A stretch of DNA of 64,000 nucleotides from Ascidiella aspersa (Eukaryota): contig OZ004614.1 in the NCBI GenBank assembly GCA_963924565.1, positions 16,616,001 to 16,680,000 of the forward strand, given 5' to 3'. A model generated the notes under the pieces. It saw only the letters and a list, made by a program, of their open reading frames with translations. It was not told where the DNA came from and ran no database searches. The translations under genes were made by a program, and so were the position numbers. Position 1 is the first letter of the stretch. Each line of letters starts with the position of its first letter. Below are positions 27,331 to 38,790 of the stretch, one piece after another.

Positions 27331-28282
27331 GATAGCAGCATCTAGCGGATTATTTATCTTTAAGGATTTTCGTTTTAAACGTAAACTATATTGTTTTAAA
27401 GTTAAACAATCACAAGGATACAGAAACAGAGTACCAATTTGTAATTGACTGTTGTTACCTATTTGTTTTTAATAGCAGCACGCAATTTTATGATCTTTAT
27501 TTGCTGCTACTATTCAGTGTTTTGAGACCTAAATCCGCAGATTGAATGTTTAAAGTAAAACTCACGAGTTTCTTGACTCACGATTCAAATGACAAGATAT
27601 TGATTTGACTTTCTTGTAAAATGCTTTATTTTATTCAAGTTGTTTGACAAAGCACCATTTTTTTTTGAGTTTTGCAAGTTTTTATGGTAAATATTGTGGG
27701 AAACAAAATGCGTTACTAATTTTATTTTATTCCTACTTTTTATATTGTGCCAAATATTTGAGAAATAGAACGACGTCTAAGTGACGTTTAATTTTGTTAT
27801 TTTATCAATGTAAGTAAAGAGGACTCCATCGTATGAAAACGTAACGGATGCTTGGCAGCGAACCAGAATCCACATTTAACTTGACTAAGTTCCACTTAGG
27901 ATTTTCAGAGAACGAAACTGTTCAAAACTGTAGAAGCATTGCTTCACACAGAACTCACATTCCGTGACGGCTTGACTCTAATTACCACTTATGCAAAGTC
28001 GTGTCGATAATTAGGAGACAATGATGCCTCCTGCGTGATAGCTACCTTCGGGCCATTTAGTTGTTGTGCGACCGAACAGTTTAACTGTTGATACATAACT
28101 CGAAAATACTGACAAACCGGCGGTTAAAATTAAGTGCCTGTAAAAACATTTACATGGTAAGTAATACACCCGAGTTCAAATAAATTTAGGTGACCAGCGA
28201 ATCACCCATAGATAGTACGAAACTACGCTGGTTCTTTTCTTTTTTCACCACGTTATTGTGTGAACTGACCAACCTCTAAATT

Positions 28283-28402
28283 CATAGGCGCCCGCAGAAA
28301 ATAATCCAGAGGGGTCTATATGAATATATACACATAATCTAATTTAAATATTACGCTGTTAAAAAATAATAATCCCGCCCCCTCCCCGTGGTGGCGCCTA
28401 TG
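28283..28402. mobile_element. 120-bp MITE
   Basis: TIRs cataggcgcc...ggcgcctatg. 8-bp TSD tctaaatt/tctacatt. Confidence 0.65.
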
Positions 28403-29909
28403 TCTACATTCACCGTGTTTTGTGTGCACAGTTGCTCTCTATGGATTTTCCAGAAACATTCCACATTAAAATTGGATATTGTTTGCATATAAAGCCTAGC
28501 TTGTGAAGCAGGGTTTTGATCTTATTAGGTAATATTTTCGTCAAAGCAGCGATAAATTACAGTAAGTGCATGTCGTTTTACAAAACCTTAAGATCAGTGA
28601 CGGGAAAGATTTTTCCTGAAGACGATAAAATAACAAAATCTGGAGGATGAATGTAATTTCGCCAGACGTGCAGCAGACAACCACAACGTGATTTTTTCGT
28701 ATGATAAATATATCTCGCAATAAGTCTCTCGTTTGTGGCATAACTAATTAAAAAACAATATCGACTTAGGTAATCTTTATACACTTTATATTCTGTGTGT
28801 ACGTTGGCTAACATACACAACAGAGACTTAAAAATATAACAAAATATATTTTTATAGCAGTTAAAAGCGACACATGATATATTTTCGGATCGGGACCTTT
28901 AAACTGCGGAATCGCATCATAATATTGAATAACCTAAAAAGAAACATCCAGTAAGTATCTATGTTTTATTTCATCTACTAAACAAGGCAAAAACGGAATT
29001 CAACGTAGTATATTTGTGTAATTGTGAAACAGAGGCAACTAATATCAGTCGACAAAATAGTGTTATATAATAATCTACAATGAATAAAATCAGCCAATCG
29101 ACAATAGTTGTAAAGAAAAGGTAACGCACACACTAACACAAATTCTACCGAATATTTTTCCAATATTAAGACTTAAGTAAAACGGAGAATCACAAATATT
29201 ATTAATTCTGTTTAAACCAAGTATGTTTACAATTATGGTATTAACTGCAATGTGTTTCCATCAAAAAAGAAGACACGAGAGAAACCAAAAAAACGAACTA
29301 TAGTGGCAAGATTGTTGCAAGTTTTTTTTTTCATAATATTTGAACAATATACATATTTATCAAAAAGAGGCTTGATCAACGAGTCCAGAAAGAACAGTAA
29401 TATGCATGTCATTATAAACGAAGTAAGTTCAGAACTTTAAAAGCATGGGTGTAAATCAGATTACATGGTAAAAACGTTATGCTCTATAGACCATTTTTTT
29501 AATATTTAAATTGGCATATAATGAAAAGATAGCGTGGTCGGAAGTTTAACACAAGATTTTATGCGGAGTGGATGTAAATTATCCACAGCAACATATAAGA
29601 GGCCGTGCTTTTTTTAAACTTAAACTAGGAAAATCTTCATAAAAAAGCATTAAAACAAAGTTTCAAATACATTTAACGTATAAAAAGCAAGTTAACATTT
29701 TATAATAAAAACGTTAAAAAGGCGTGCCAAAAAGCAGTAAATCGTATGCAGTTTTTACCAACTGACAAACAAGATGTTGTTCGAGAAATCAACATACACG
29801 TGTAACAGTTAGTAGAAAAAAGTAACTTCGTGCTCAAGTCCTCACAAAGCATTGAACTCGGCCATCGATACTTCTTGCAGGAGTCAGGAGTTTAAGTCCG
29901 CGATCTCAC

Positions 29910-30239
29910 TTAGCGTCTATAGTAATAATCTACTCCCATGTGACTGTCCACTTCGCGCCTTCTATCAAAGCTACTTGCGTCATCGATGATGTAGTCCAGC
30001 TCGATGTCCTTGGATGACCTACGGTCTCGGTAGCGCTCCCGAGTGGGTGTTACTACGTAGGGTGGCGGGCCCACACTTGCGCTGGCCACACTGCGGACGT
30101 GGGGCGGGGGCGGGGCTGGGGTGTTGAAGCGGGAGGTGGCGGCCATTGAAGGGGCGCCTGTGCTAGTTTTAGTTGCGACGCGGTAACGTTTCTTGGTCAG
30201 TGTGTTGTAGTTCGCGGTCAGAATCATGAGGAAGTTCAT
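29910..30239 (-). CDS. GPM6/PLP: Proteolipid (PLP/DM20/M6) gene, last coding exon (end of TM4, MNFLMILTANY, plus long Pro-rich tail)
   Basis: Acceptor ttgttgcag, phase 0, TAA stop at 29910-29912. FLMIL..NY is the family TM4-end motif. Confidence 0.88.
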   Translation of the reverse strand: MNFLMILTANYNTLTKKRYRVATKTSTGAPSMAATSRFNTPAPPPPHVRSVASASVGPPPYVVTPTRERYRDRRSSKDIELDYIIDDASSFDRRREVDSHMGVDYYYRR

Positions 30240-30443
30240 CTGCAACAAACGAAACTAGCATGTCAGCTTTGTTAACGTAAAAACAAGAGGTGCCCGGAAT
30301 AATATAGGCGTCGGCGCAAATACTATTAACAAAAAACAATAACTGTCAGATTTAAGGAATTAAAAACACAATGGAAAATATGGGTGAACCGCGCATTCAT
30401 TAAAACATTGTTTGGTAATACAGTACACGGAAAATCCATTGCT

Positions 30444-30518
30444 AGCCTGCAGTGAGGTGCGAGCTCACGACGTACAGCCTTAACGGGACCGTCGGTCTCC
30501 CAACTGAGCTACACAGGC
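30444..30518 (-). pseudogene. tRNA-like cloverleaf (tRNA pseudogene or SINE head) in the last PLP intron
   Basis: GCCTGTG TA GCTC AGTTGGGA GACC G ACGGTC CCGTTAA GGCTGT ACGTC GTGAG CTCGCAC CTCAC TGCAGGC T. Acceptor, anticodon and T stems pair. The A box is intact, the T loop/B box is mutated, and TTTT follows about 10 nt downstream. Confidence 0.65.
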
Positions 30519-30562
30519 TCAGAGACGAGCGAGTCGTAATATTTTTAATACTAAATACTTAC

Positions 30563-30735
30563 CATTGAAATGATGATAAGAAGGCAACCAGCGAAGCATA
30601 CCAAAGAAAGCTGGTAAACGTAATAATAGTTGTCACAATATTGATCCAGTCGGCCGTACGATTTCATGCTGCTGTCACCCGGACCGCAAATCTTCCCAAA
30701 ACCTTCATCGGCCGTGTTTTGAAACATAATAAGCC
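30563..30735 (-). CDS. GPM6/PLP: PLP/M6 coding exon 6 (GLIMFQ...GKICG...YCD...FAGCLLIIISM)
   Basis: Acceptor gcaacag, donor gtaagt. GKICG and the loop-2 cysteines match the family. Absent from the ORF track. Confidence 0.9.
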
Positions 30736-30796
30736 CTGTTGCACAGAAAAGCGTGTTTTGTGATGATTGTAAGCACTGAATAGCTACAGTCTAATG

Positions 30797-33622
30797 CAGA
30801 GGTCGGCAACCTATGGCCCGCGGGCCGTATCCGGCCCTCTAGTGAAAATCATCCGGCTCGCAAACTCTTTTACAAACTGTACACAAGGCCATGCCACATA
30901 TTTTTAACTGTTTTATCTGTACGAAAATGCACAAAACTTCTTGCGCCCCGCGCGAATTTGACTTCGAATTATATTTCAGTTTTGATGGAGTCTCCTCAGA
31001 CCAAAGGTTACGTGCGCATGAGAACTATAAGTAGGAAATTTTTCATAGCATTAAACCCTCTAAAATACAATTTTTTCCAAATTAATTCGCTGATGTATTC
31101 TTTTCTGACAAACATTAACAAAAAGAGTATAACAAATATGTTCATAATTTATATTGTGTGTGCCAAGTGCGTCACGTCTCCTGGTAAATTAAAAGGTTTG
31201 CCAATTTACACCAAACTAACGCATTTTTTTCGCGCTGCGCGCGTTGCTTCCTGTTGTACTATTACTAAAGACAGACTATAGACTCGTCAACTGGATCAAA
31301 CATTTAGGTGCGCGCCTGGTTAATGGGGCGATAATTTTTGACTTGGCAAAAAAAGTCAAACTTTTGTCAAAATTTACATGTTAGGTCAAAATTTGTCAAA
31401 AATATGATAATTATTAAAAACTGTATTAAACAACCTTTGGAAATTTTTGTTCAGTTTATATGATAAGATTAGTTTTGAATAACATTCAATAACATTTTAA
31501 CGGTATTATATTATTAGAGCAATATATGGTATACACGAGTCGGTAGATGTAACTACAGGACGCAGCTATTATACCATTAGGTTCAGCTCGAACATTGTGT
31601 TTGCTTTATATAGTTGTGTATTTGATTTGGAATAGTATTGAACAGTATTTGTTCAGTTGTGTCTTTTTTCGGTGGTGATTTGCAATTATACAATTTTCTA
31701 ATTCGATAATATGCTAGGAATGCTTAAATATCAATTTGAGTTTTGCATAAACCTATGAAGTGCTTTATACCAGTGTTTCCTAAACAGGAGAATGGTTCAC
31801 ACCAGGGTGAAAAAAATTTCACAGGAGTGAACCAACCAAAAAGGGTAAATAAGGGTGAACCGTCAGAAATGGATGATAGCTCTGCAGTAAATTTACTGAA
31901 CCAGGGGCGTATCCAGAAATCCAAAAAGGGGGGGGTCCCGAATTTTCAACTTCGGGAATTCCCCGTTTTTCCGTCTGACGTAAATGACGTCATAAAATAT
32001 TGACAGATATGACGTCATAAAACAGCGATTATAATGACGTCATAAATAATAAAAAAATCATCAGAAACAGCCAATTAACGTCCAGGAAAAGCAAACTTTT
32101 AGACGCAAAACACAACGTCACACGTACATCGTGGACACTCCTGCCAGGCGCCAGCTGCGAAACCGCTTAGTGTACTATCGTTAACTTCAGAGAAAAACGA
32201 AAACAAGTCCGTGAAATATATGTGATCGATTTTGGTAAATCCATTTACGGGACTACGCTAAATTAAAAGCACGTCTTTCGCCACCTGAAATACTAAACGA
32301 AGATCGCTTTTCCCCGGTGTTATTATATTAGCGCAACATCTGCAAAAACGCCACTTCAATAGTTAATCTAGTTCAGTGTTTTTAACCTTTTTAACTGAGT
32401 GCACACCTGGCGAGCGAAGCGAGCGCGATTTTTTTTTGGGGGGGAAATGGCATTGTTTAAAATTTCTTGCAAGTTTTTATTACGTTGCCGAAAATAAAAA
32501 TAAAAGAAATGTTGAAAAACATATGTCCAATATTTTTAAATACGTTTTCCGTTTGGCCGCGAGGCACTTGGCAGCCTTCCACGGCGCAACGGTAGAGAAG
32601 CGCTAATCTAGTTCAATAGACAGCATCAAAACGTAAAAACCGGACGTAAAAAGAACATTAAAATTTTTCGCACTTACGTAGTTAAAATACTCAAAAAGTA
32701 TTTAAAATGGACTCGTGTATAGTTTTTGTTAAAGAGGCAACGGGCCCGATTAATTACAGCGACCGCTTGATTGACTGTTATTAATTGTCGAACACCCACT
32801 TGATCATCAGCCAACCCGAACGAATAACGAAAGGCGAAAGACAAAAAAATATCCTGCGTTTACGGTCGATCAAACAAGAAACGAAAAAGGCGTTTTGCCT
32901 TTGATTTTGGTTTCGCATTAGCAAGACTGTGTGACCCAATTACACTGAAAAAAACACGCAGCTTCGGACGGTGAGGTAAACCCTGACAAAAACGAACAAT
33001 AAACGTTAATGTCACTTTCCGAAAAGGGGGGGGGGTCCGAACCCCCCCTGTTTTTTTTCTGTTTTTTTTGTGTGTTTTTTTGCTTATTGTAATAGTACAG
33101 TTGGTTTGCATTGAGTGTATAAGTACAAGAATTTGGTGACTGTGTTTTGTGCTTTTGTAGCTTTATATTTCTGGACTTGGGAAATTGTAGATTTTCAATG
33201 GCAAAACTTAGCTTGAGTTGATCTTAACAAAAATCGAAACAACCTAAGTCATTTTGTGCTGTTATACATAGACGAGAAAGTTTGATCAATCATGAGAAAA
33301 GGGTGAATGACATTTGGAGATAGATGCTAGGGGTAAACAAAACTAAAAAAATTAAGAAGCACTGTTTTGTACAACAATACGTTGTTTAAATGTATTTCTA
33401 ATCAAGAAAATTTAGTTTCAAAACTGTGTCAATTTTAATTTTATAGGTCAACATTTCTGACTTTTAGATGAAAAAAATCGCCCTACTGATTAAGAGTTAT
33501 ATTAAAGTTCTTAAAGGCCACACATTTTTATGACAAAATTGTTAGTGAAAATTTAATATGGCCCGCCAAGAACTTGCTGAGTTTGGTTTGGCCCGCTACC
33601 TGTTAAAGGTTGCCGACCTCTG
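30797..33622. mobile_element. Non-autonomous hAT element (2.8 kb) with nested insertions, filling PLP intron 5
   Basis: TIRs cagaggtcggcaacc / ggttgccgacctctg. 8-bp TSD gtctaatg/gtctaacg. Confidence 0.85.
31902..33050. mobile_element. Nested MITE (caggggcgtatccag...ggggtccgaaccccccctg) that contains a further hAT insert
   Basis: G-run/C-run ends. The internal hAT-like piece at ~32373-32605 is flanked by atctagtt on both sides. About 400 bp is shared with 49055-49440. Confidence 0.55.
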
Positions 33623-33775
33623 GTCTAACGCAATCCTAAGAATATTAAAACGCACATATGTCTTAATAATCTTTAGTTTGTGGCTTAATATGTTTGGCAA
33701 AAGTCCTTTTTTGGTAAAAAAACCCACAAAGTAGAAAACAGCCTAATGTATGGAAAAACGAATTGGAATACAAAC

Positions 33776-33944
33776 CTAATTGAACAAGGTCAATGCAAAT
33801 TGAGCTAAAAACACCATCTGTGTATCCTCTCTCTGTCAGATCTGAACATCGCAGCATAGAAATTCGATAGTAGTAGACACCAAGTGTTGTAAAAGCAAGG
33901 AAGAAAATGAAGGCTAAAATCAGCATGTAACTACCGAAGATCAA
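33776..33944 (-). CDS. GPM6/PLP: PLP/M6 coding exon 5 (TM3 ... CIDLVQLG)
   Basis: Acceptor atgttgcag, donor gtttgt. CIDLVQLG corresponds to the family C-x-D-x-R-Q-Y/F-G motif. Confidence 0.9.
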
Positions 33945-34272
33945 CTGCAACATAAAACACAAGATTTTTAAAATCAAATGAATCTGAACGGAATTCATTG
34001 TTGCATAAAAACTATGTCAGTTGAACTGTACAAAACAGTGAAATAAACACAAGAAACTGACAATCATCCTAAAACATTGTTTGTTAAAACAGACAAAAAA
34101 AAACTGCATCTTAATATAGGCAGGTCATAATCTTGTGCAATTTTTCATATTTAAGTGTCTTTAGCCCAATTGTTTTAATGATTTACTATGACACAAAAAT
34201 GACCTAGATAATATAATAAGAGATAAATAAACAACACATCATGCAAATTGTCAGCACAAAACATGCACAAAC

Positions 34273-34414
34273 CGCCGTGGTGAAACAAATCCCTGAACTA
34301 CTGCGTTTGCAAGAAATGTTCTTCGATGTTTGGTGGTTGTCACATGCTATCATAATGGTAAACAAAAGCATGAACGGAATAATGCCATAAAATGAATACT
34401 TGATCGATTCAAAA
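34273..34414 (-). CDS. GPM6/PLP: PLP/M6 coding exon 4 (FESIKYSFYGIIPF...GICFTTA)
   Basis: Acceptor gtttttag, donor gtttgt. KY..YG at the start of TM2 and G.C.T motifs. Confidence 0.88.
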
Positions 34415-34724
34415 CTAAAAACAAAGAACAAAAATTGTTCATGCAATCAAAACATGTTAGGCCCCAAAACAAACAAAAAATGCATGTACTAATTACTTTA
34501 AGTTTATAACATAAAATGAAATATATATATATATATATTATTTAATTTTTGCCCTTACTTTCGGCAAACTGATATAAGGCACAATTAATTAATTAACAAA
34601 ACTAAAGAAAAAAAAAGAATACAAAATAAATGAACTAATATCTTCAATCTGTACACAAATAAGAAAATGAATAAAATAAAAATTAACTTTAACATAAAAA
34701 AGCTAAGAAAAATGTATGACATAC

Positions 34725-34896
34725 ACTTGTGGAACTCTGTTTCCAAGATCATCACTGTCAACAAGAACCCACTCCTGTGAATAGGTTCCCCCAGTTAGAA
34801 TATAGCGTGGAGGTGGGTCACGGGCAGGGTTGCCCTCAAGGGGGCCATATTGTAAAAACAAGTTAAGGGTGGCATCCAAAGCAGTCCAACCACCAG
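34725..34896 (-). CDS. GPM6/PLP: PLP/M6 coding exon 3 (AGGWTALDATLNLF...RVPQV)
   Basis: Acceptor tgtttttag, donor gtatgt. Phases are consistent with the neighbouring exons. Confidence 0.85.
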
Positions 34897-35415
34897 CTAA
34901 AAACAAGGAGAATTAAAAAATGATTATCAAAATTTTTCCAACATTAAGCATAAAGAGATTTCATACAAACTCTAGACTAGGTAACTAATTACACATCCCG
35001 AAATAGTATTTTTTTATATTGCCAATATTTGCCTTAATTGTTTAGCGAAATATTGGATTCTTAGGACTTTTACCATGTTTAATGCATTTATTTAATTTAA
35101 TATTTTGTAGTTGCACCAGCATTAAACGTTAGTAATTTCTAAAATACTTTGCGTTCAGTGTTTGGTGTTAATGATAATTTGTTTAAAACAACTTAGTCTA
35201 GTAGGTATCAAAACAAAAGACAATTTTTTTCTTACAAGTGTCCCAATGACTGTTTGAAAGCCCTGCTTAGTTTAAAACTATAAAAATGTTTCTATAGAAT
35301 GTTAAGTAGAACCTACAACAAGCCTTCTCTACCTATATATTAACTAACCACAAAATCAATAAAAATTAGAAGAATTAAAACACTTTAAACGAACATATGA
35401 ATCTACATTATATAC

Positions 35416-35520
35416 CAATAAACATAGCTGTTCCAACCCAACTGAAAAGCAGAGCAAATCCAGTTGCAAATGGCATTCGGCCGATAACAGTCAAAATGTT
35501 CACACAGCTGTCACAACAAC
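35416..35520 (-). CDS. GPM6/PLP: PLP/M6 coding exon 2 (GCCDSCV...RMPFAT...GTAMFI)
   Basis: Acceptor ctttttag, donor gtatat. Cys cluster and PFA motif of proteolipid TM1. Confidence 0.9.
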
Positions 35521-36117
35521 CTAAAAAGTAAACACAATGTTTTTTAAAAAAAAAACTTGTCATCAATTTTAGAAAAAGTGTGTTAAAAATGCATTGCGTT
35601 TTCAACAATTCATTAAATGTTCAGTTTAAAAAATAGTATATTTCTTTAAAAAATAAATAATCTTTAATAAAAAAAACAGTTTATTAATTAAAAGATAACA
35701 AATTGAAGTATATTGTCCAACAATTTCAAAATTGAGTGTAACACATGCAAGTGGAAGTAACTTTAATATTATAATACCATGTATATATATATATAAGTTT
35801 GGCAAACAAGAAAGGTTGGCTATGTGTTAAACTAACACCACTTTTACTCCTTAAGATTTGTAGAAACAGACAAATTATAAAATTAATTTAGATGTAAAAT
35901 AGTTAAAAAGTTGCGGGGCAAGTCCAACCAAATTTTATATAGGCTTGGCAAGAAAAAAGTTGAAGAACCACAGCATTAAACTGACAAATCGTTAATATAA
36001 ACAAAGTATGAAAATATTGCCATGTAAAACAGCTTTATAAGCAAAAAGTACAACTTTGTAAAACTATATCATAATTATAAAGACATAATTATGTGGATTT
36101 AAATCTGCTTTTGATAC

Positions 36118-36343
36118 CTGCACTTTTTCTTTTAGGTCTTCTTTGTCTTTGTGTGGCAGTTGTTACAATGCTGGAAGCAGCACCATTTGTTACAAGTGGT
36201 TGCCGTGCAACCACACTGCTAGTTGCAGGCTCATCATCTCTGTGGTCATAGAACTCCGTCACTTCACCCTCTTGGTCAATGTGATAACCTTTGTATCCAC
36301 GATCAGTGCCAAGGGACTCATGGTCCAGGCTATGGACAGACAT
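36118..36343 (-). CDS. GPM6/PLP: PLP/M6 coding exon 1 (75-aa hydrophilic N-terminal extension)
   Basis: ATG at 36343, donor cag|gtatc in phase 1 joining GCCDSC. An acceptor (ccctgtcag, 36374) just upstream implies a 5' UTR intron. Confidence 0.75.
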
Positions 36344-36590
36344 TCTGTATTTTGTGTGCTTAAACTACAAAAACTGACAGGGTAAAAAGCAAAATTAATT
36401 ATTACAAGTCCCTAAAATTTTTGACAAAATTATAATTTATCAGGTTGAATCTGTTAACCAAATAAAATTTGAGGCGCACTTGTCACACTTTTTCCACAGT
36501 GGCTCATGGTTAAATAGTCTCCTCTTGACTCTTGGTCCCGATATGAGTTAGTTACAATAAATGCCTTATAACAAAACAAATCATTTAAAC

Positions 36591-36978
36591 TAGAGATAAA
36601 CCGATATTATTTTTTTAGACCGATACCGATACCCGATACCGATACCCGATACCGATTTTTTCATATACCCGGGATATGTTCAAAACTTTATTTAATTGAA
36701 AATAAAATCCAGATGACGTTTCAGTTTTTATACCTTTATTTATTATTTAACTATTATTTTGCATATTAATTTGGTGTAATTCTAAAACACAAATTTTTTT
36801 GATCAACAAATGTGTACGTTGTTTGTTGTACAGGAAAAATTATATCATATTTTTGTATTAAAATATCGGTGCTTAAGTATCGGCCTAGATTTACTGATAC
36901 CGATATATCGGTAGAAGCCAAATATCGGTAAACCTGATAGCAGCATATACCATCAACCGATATATCGGTCTATCTCTA
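36591..36978. mobile_element. hAT-type MITE with internal ccgata(c) repeats
   Basis: TIRs tagagataaaccgatat / atatcggtctatctcta. TSD atttaaac/gtttaaac. Confidence 0.85.
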
Positions 36979-37891
36979 GTTTAAACAACTCGTCAAAGAT
37001 GTATTGTGGAACTTTTATCAATATAAATCGTTATGTTGTTGTTTAGATTCACTATGTTGTAGCTGACAGACTGGCAAGTTCTGTCAGTCTTCTGGTGAGA
37101 AGCATTTTTGCCTAAACACTTCAATAATTTTGTCAAGCCTCTAAAGTTAAATGCTGTGTTCAGCCAATAAATGTATAAACCTTATAAAAAAAAATTGTAT
37201 AAACCTTAAAAAAAAAAGAGTGTGAAGGGGCAAAATTCTTAGTGAAAAAATACATAACGGGTATGCATAAGTACAACCCTGCAGGTGCCGGGTATTGAAA
37301 ATAATAAAGATACGCTTATTTGAAATAACAACATTTATAGTCCAATTTAATAGAAATTGTTTCATGAGGTAATGACATGACATGGAATGCATAGCACCTT
37401 TGGGCTGACCAGATTTGTTTAACACAGAGACACAAACATCATAAAACCAGCACAAATTTTTTGTGACATGTGAATTTGTTTTGTATTAACGTGGTTCAAA
37501 CAGAGAAAAAACAATCATCTAAAACAGTGGTTTTCAACCTTTTTCATACCGCGACCCATTTTGACAACCCAACGTAACTAATGACCCCCTTCCAAATATT
37601 TCGTTAAAAATCTAGCAAAAAAAATTATTTGTTAGCGCCCTCGGTAAACATGATCCTGTATGAAATGAGATATTAAAATGTTCTATAATTTCATGTGAAA
37701 TAGCAATAAAAAATCTAACTTTATTTTTCATGACCTAGCAAATGTTACCTTGCTATAACAGTCTTCTTTGGGGGAAAAGACGTACTTCAAGTACTGATTA
37801 TCATGCATGCCCAAAAGATTTCATCCTGTTGCAAATCCTATTTTTAAAATTATGAAAATTTTTTTTATTTTTGTGGTTGAGGACTACATAC

Positions 37892-38249
37892 CAGGGCTAC
37901 GGAGTGGGGACTCGAGTAAGACCACGTAAAACTACTTGAGTCCGACATGCGCATGCGCAGTACGAAATTTTAAAAGTGATATGACAACCAACTAAAAATT
38001 ATAAAGGTAGAACAGCATATGGTGAATATTTTCCAAACAATGTATTGTGACTGAATGAATTTTACAACATCTCTATAAGTAGATTGCTAAACATCCAAGT
38101 TATTACGTAAATTGGCGGAATACAGGCTGTATTCGTCAGGGACGGACTCGGGACAAGACGAAAACGCACATTTGCCTGTAGTCGGACTCGGGTTTACCTT
38201 TTAGGCCGGAGTCGCACTAAAGTTATTTTAAACCGATTCCGCAGCCCTG
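37892..38249. mobile_element. hAT-type MITE (cagggct.cggagt family), copy 1
   Basis: TIRs cagggctacgga / tccgcagccctg. Perfect TSD ctacatac. An inverted sister copy lies at 51923-52339. Confidence 0.85.
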
Positions 38250-38334
38250 CTACATACTAGTCGTTCTAACTATCCTGCACAAGTAATAAAACCAGCATGT
38301 TGGCCTTGGTATCGCTTGTTTCGCATGGCACCAA

Positions 38335-38790
38335 GAGTAAAGTGGTGATTGATTACTCGGCCACAATCAACCACTATACCCATCCTATCCCTTATTTAAA
38401 CATTGAAGATCTTTTATTAAAGAAAATTGCACAAGGCTAGTATTTCAGTTATCTGGACCTGATAGCAACATATACCATCAGATACTAATGAAAAAAGATG
38501 ACTGTTTCTACACTGTCAAATGGTTTCTTATATACCAATGTAAACGCCTTTTTTTGGTGTGACAAATAGAGCTCCAGCACATCAGTGAGCTATTGATGAA
38601 TTCATAGCAAAAAAACAATTTGTTTATTGTGAATACATACCTGGATGACATTACAACGGGTGCAACTAATAATGAACATTGTAAAAAGTTAAGAAAAGTG
38701 CTTGAAACAGCTTACAAGTGTGAACATAACTTTGAATTAAGAAAAATAAAATTCTGCAGGTGTACTACTTTTGTTAGGATATCTAATCTC
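38335..38790 (+). mobile_element. Decayed Ty3/Gypsy reverse transcriptase fragment
   Basis: Across frameshifts and stops: VVIDYSATINHYT, YFSYLDL, YHQI, FGVTN.AP, TYLDDIT. These are RT motifs in the correct order. Confidence 0.75.

Noticed and set aside
36497-36550. A-box-like TGGCTCATGGTTA (tRNA/SINE)
   Set aside because: No B box and no cloverleaf.
36620-36656. Short tandem repeats (ccgatac; also duplications at 49862, 57687, 59149) as a CRISPR-like array
   Set aside because: No unique spacers, eukaryotic context; these are MITE subterminal repeats or slippage duplications.
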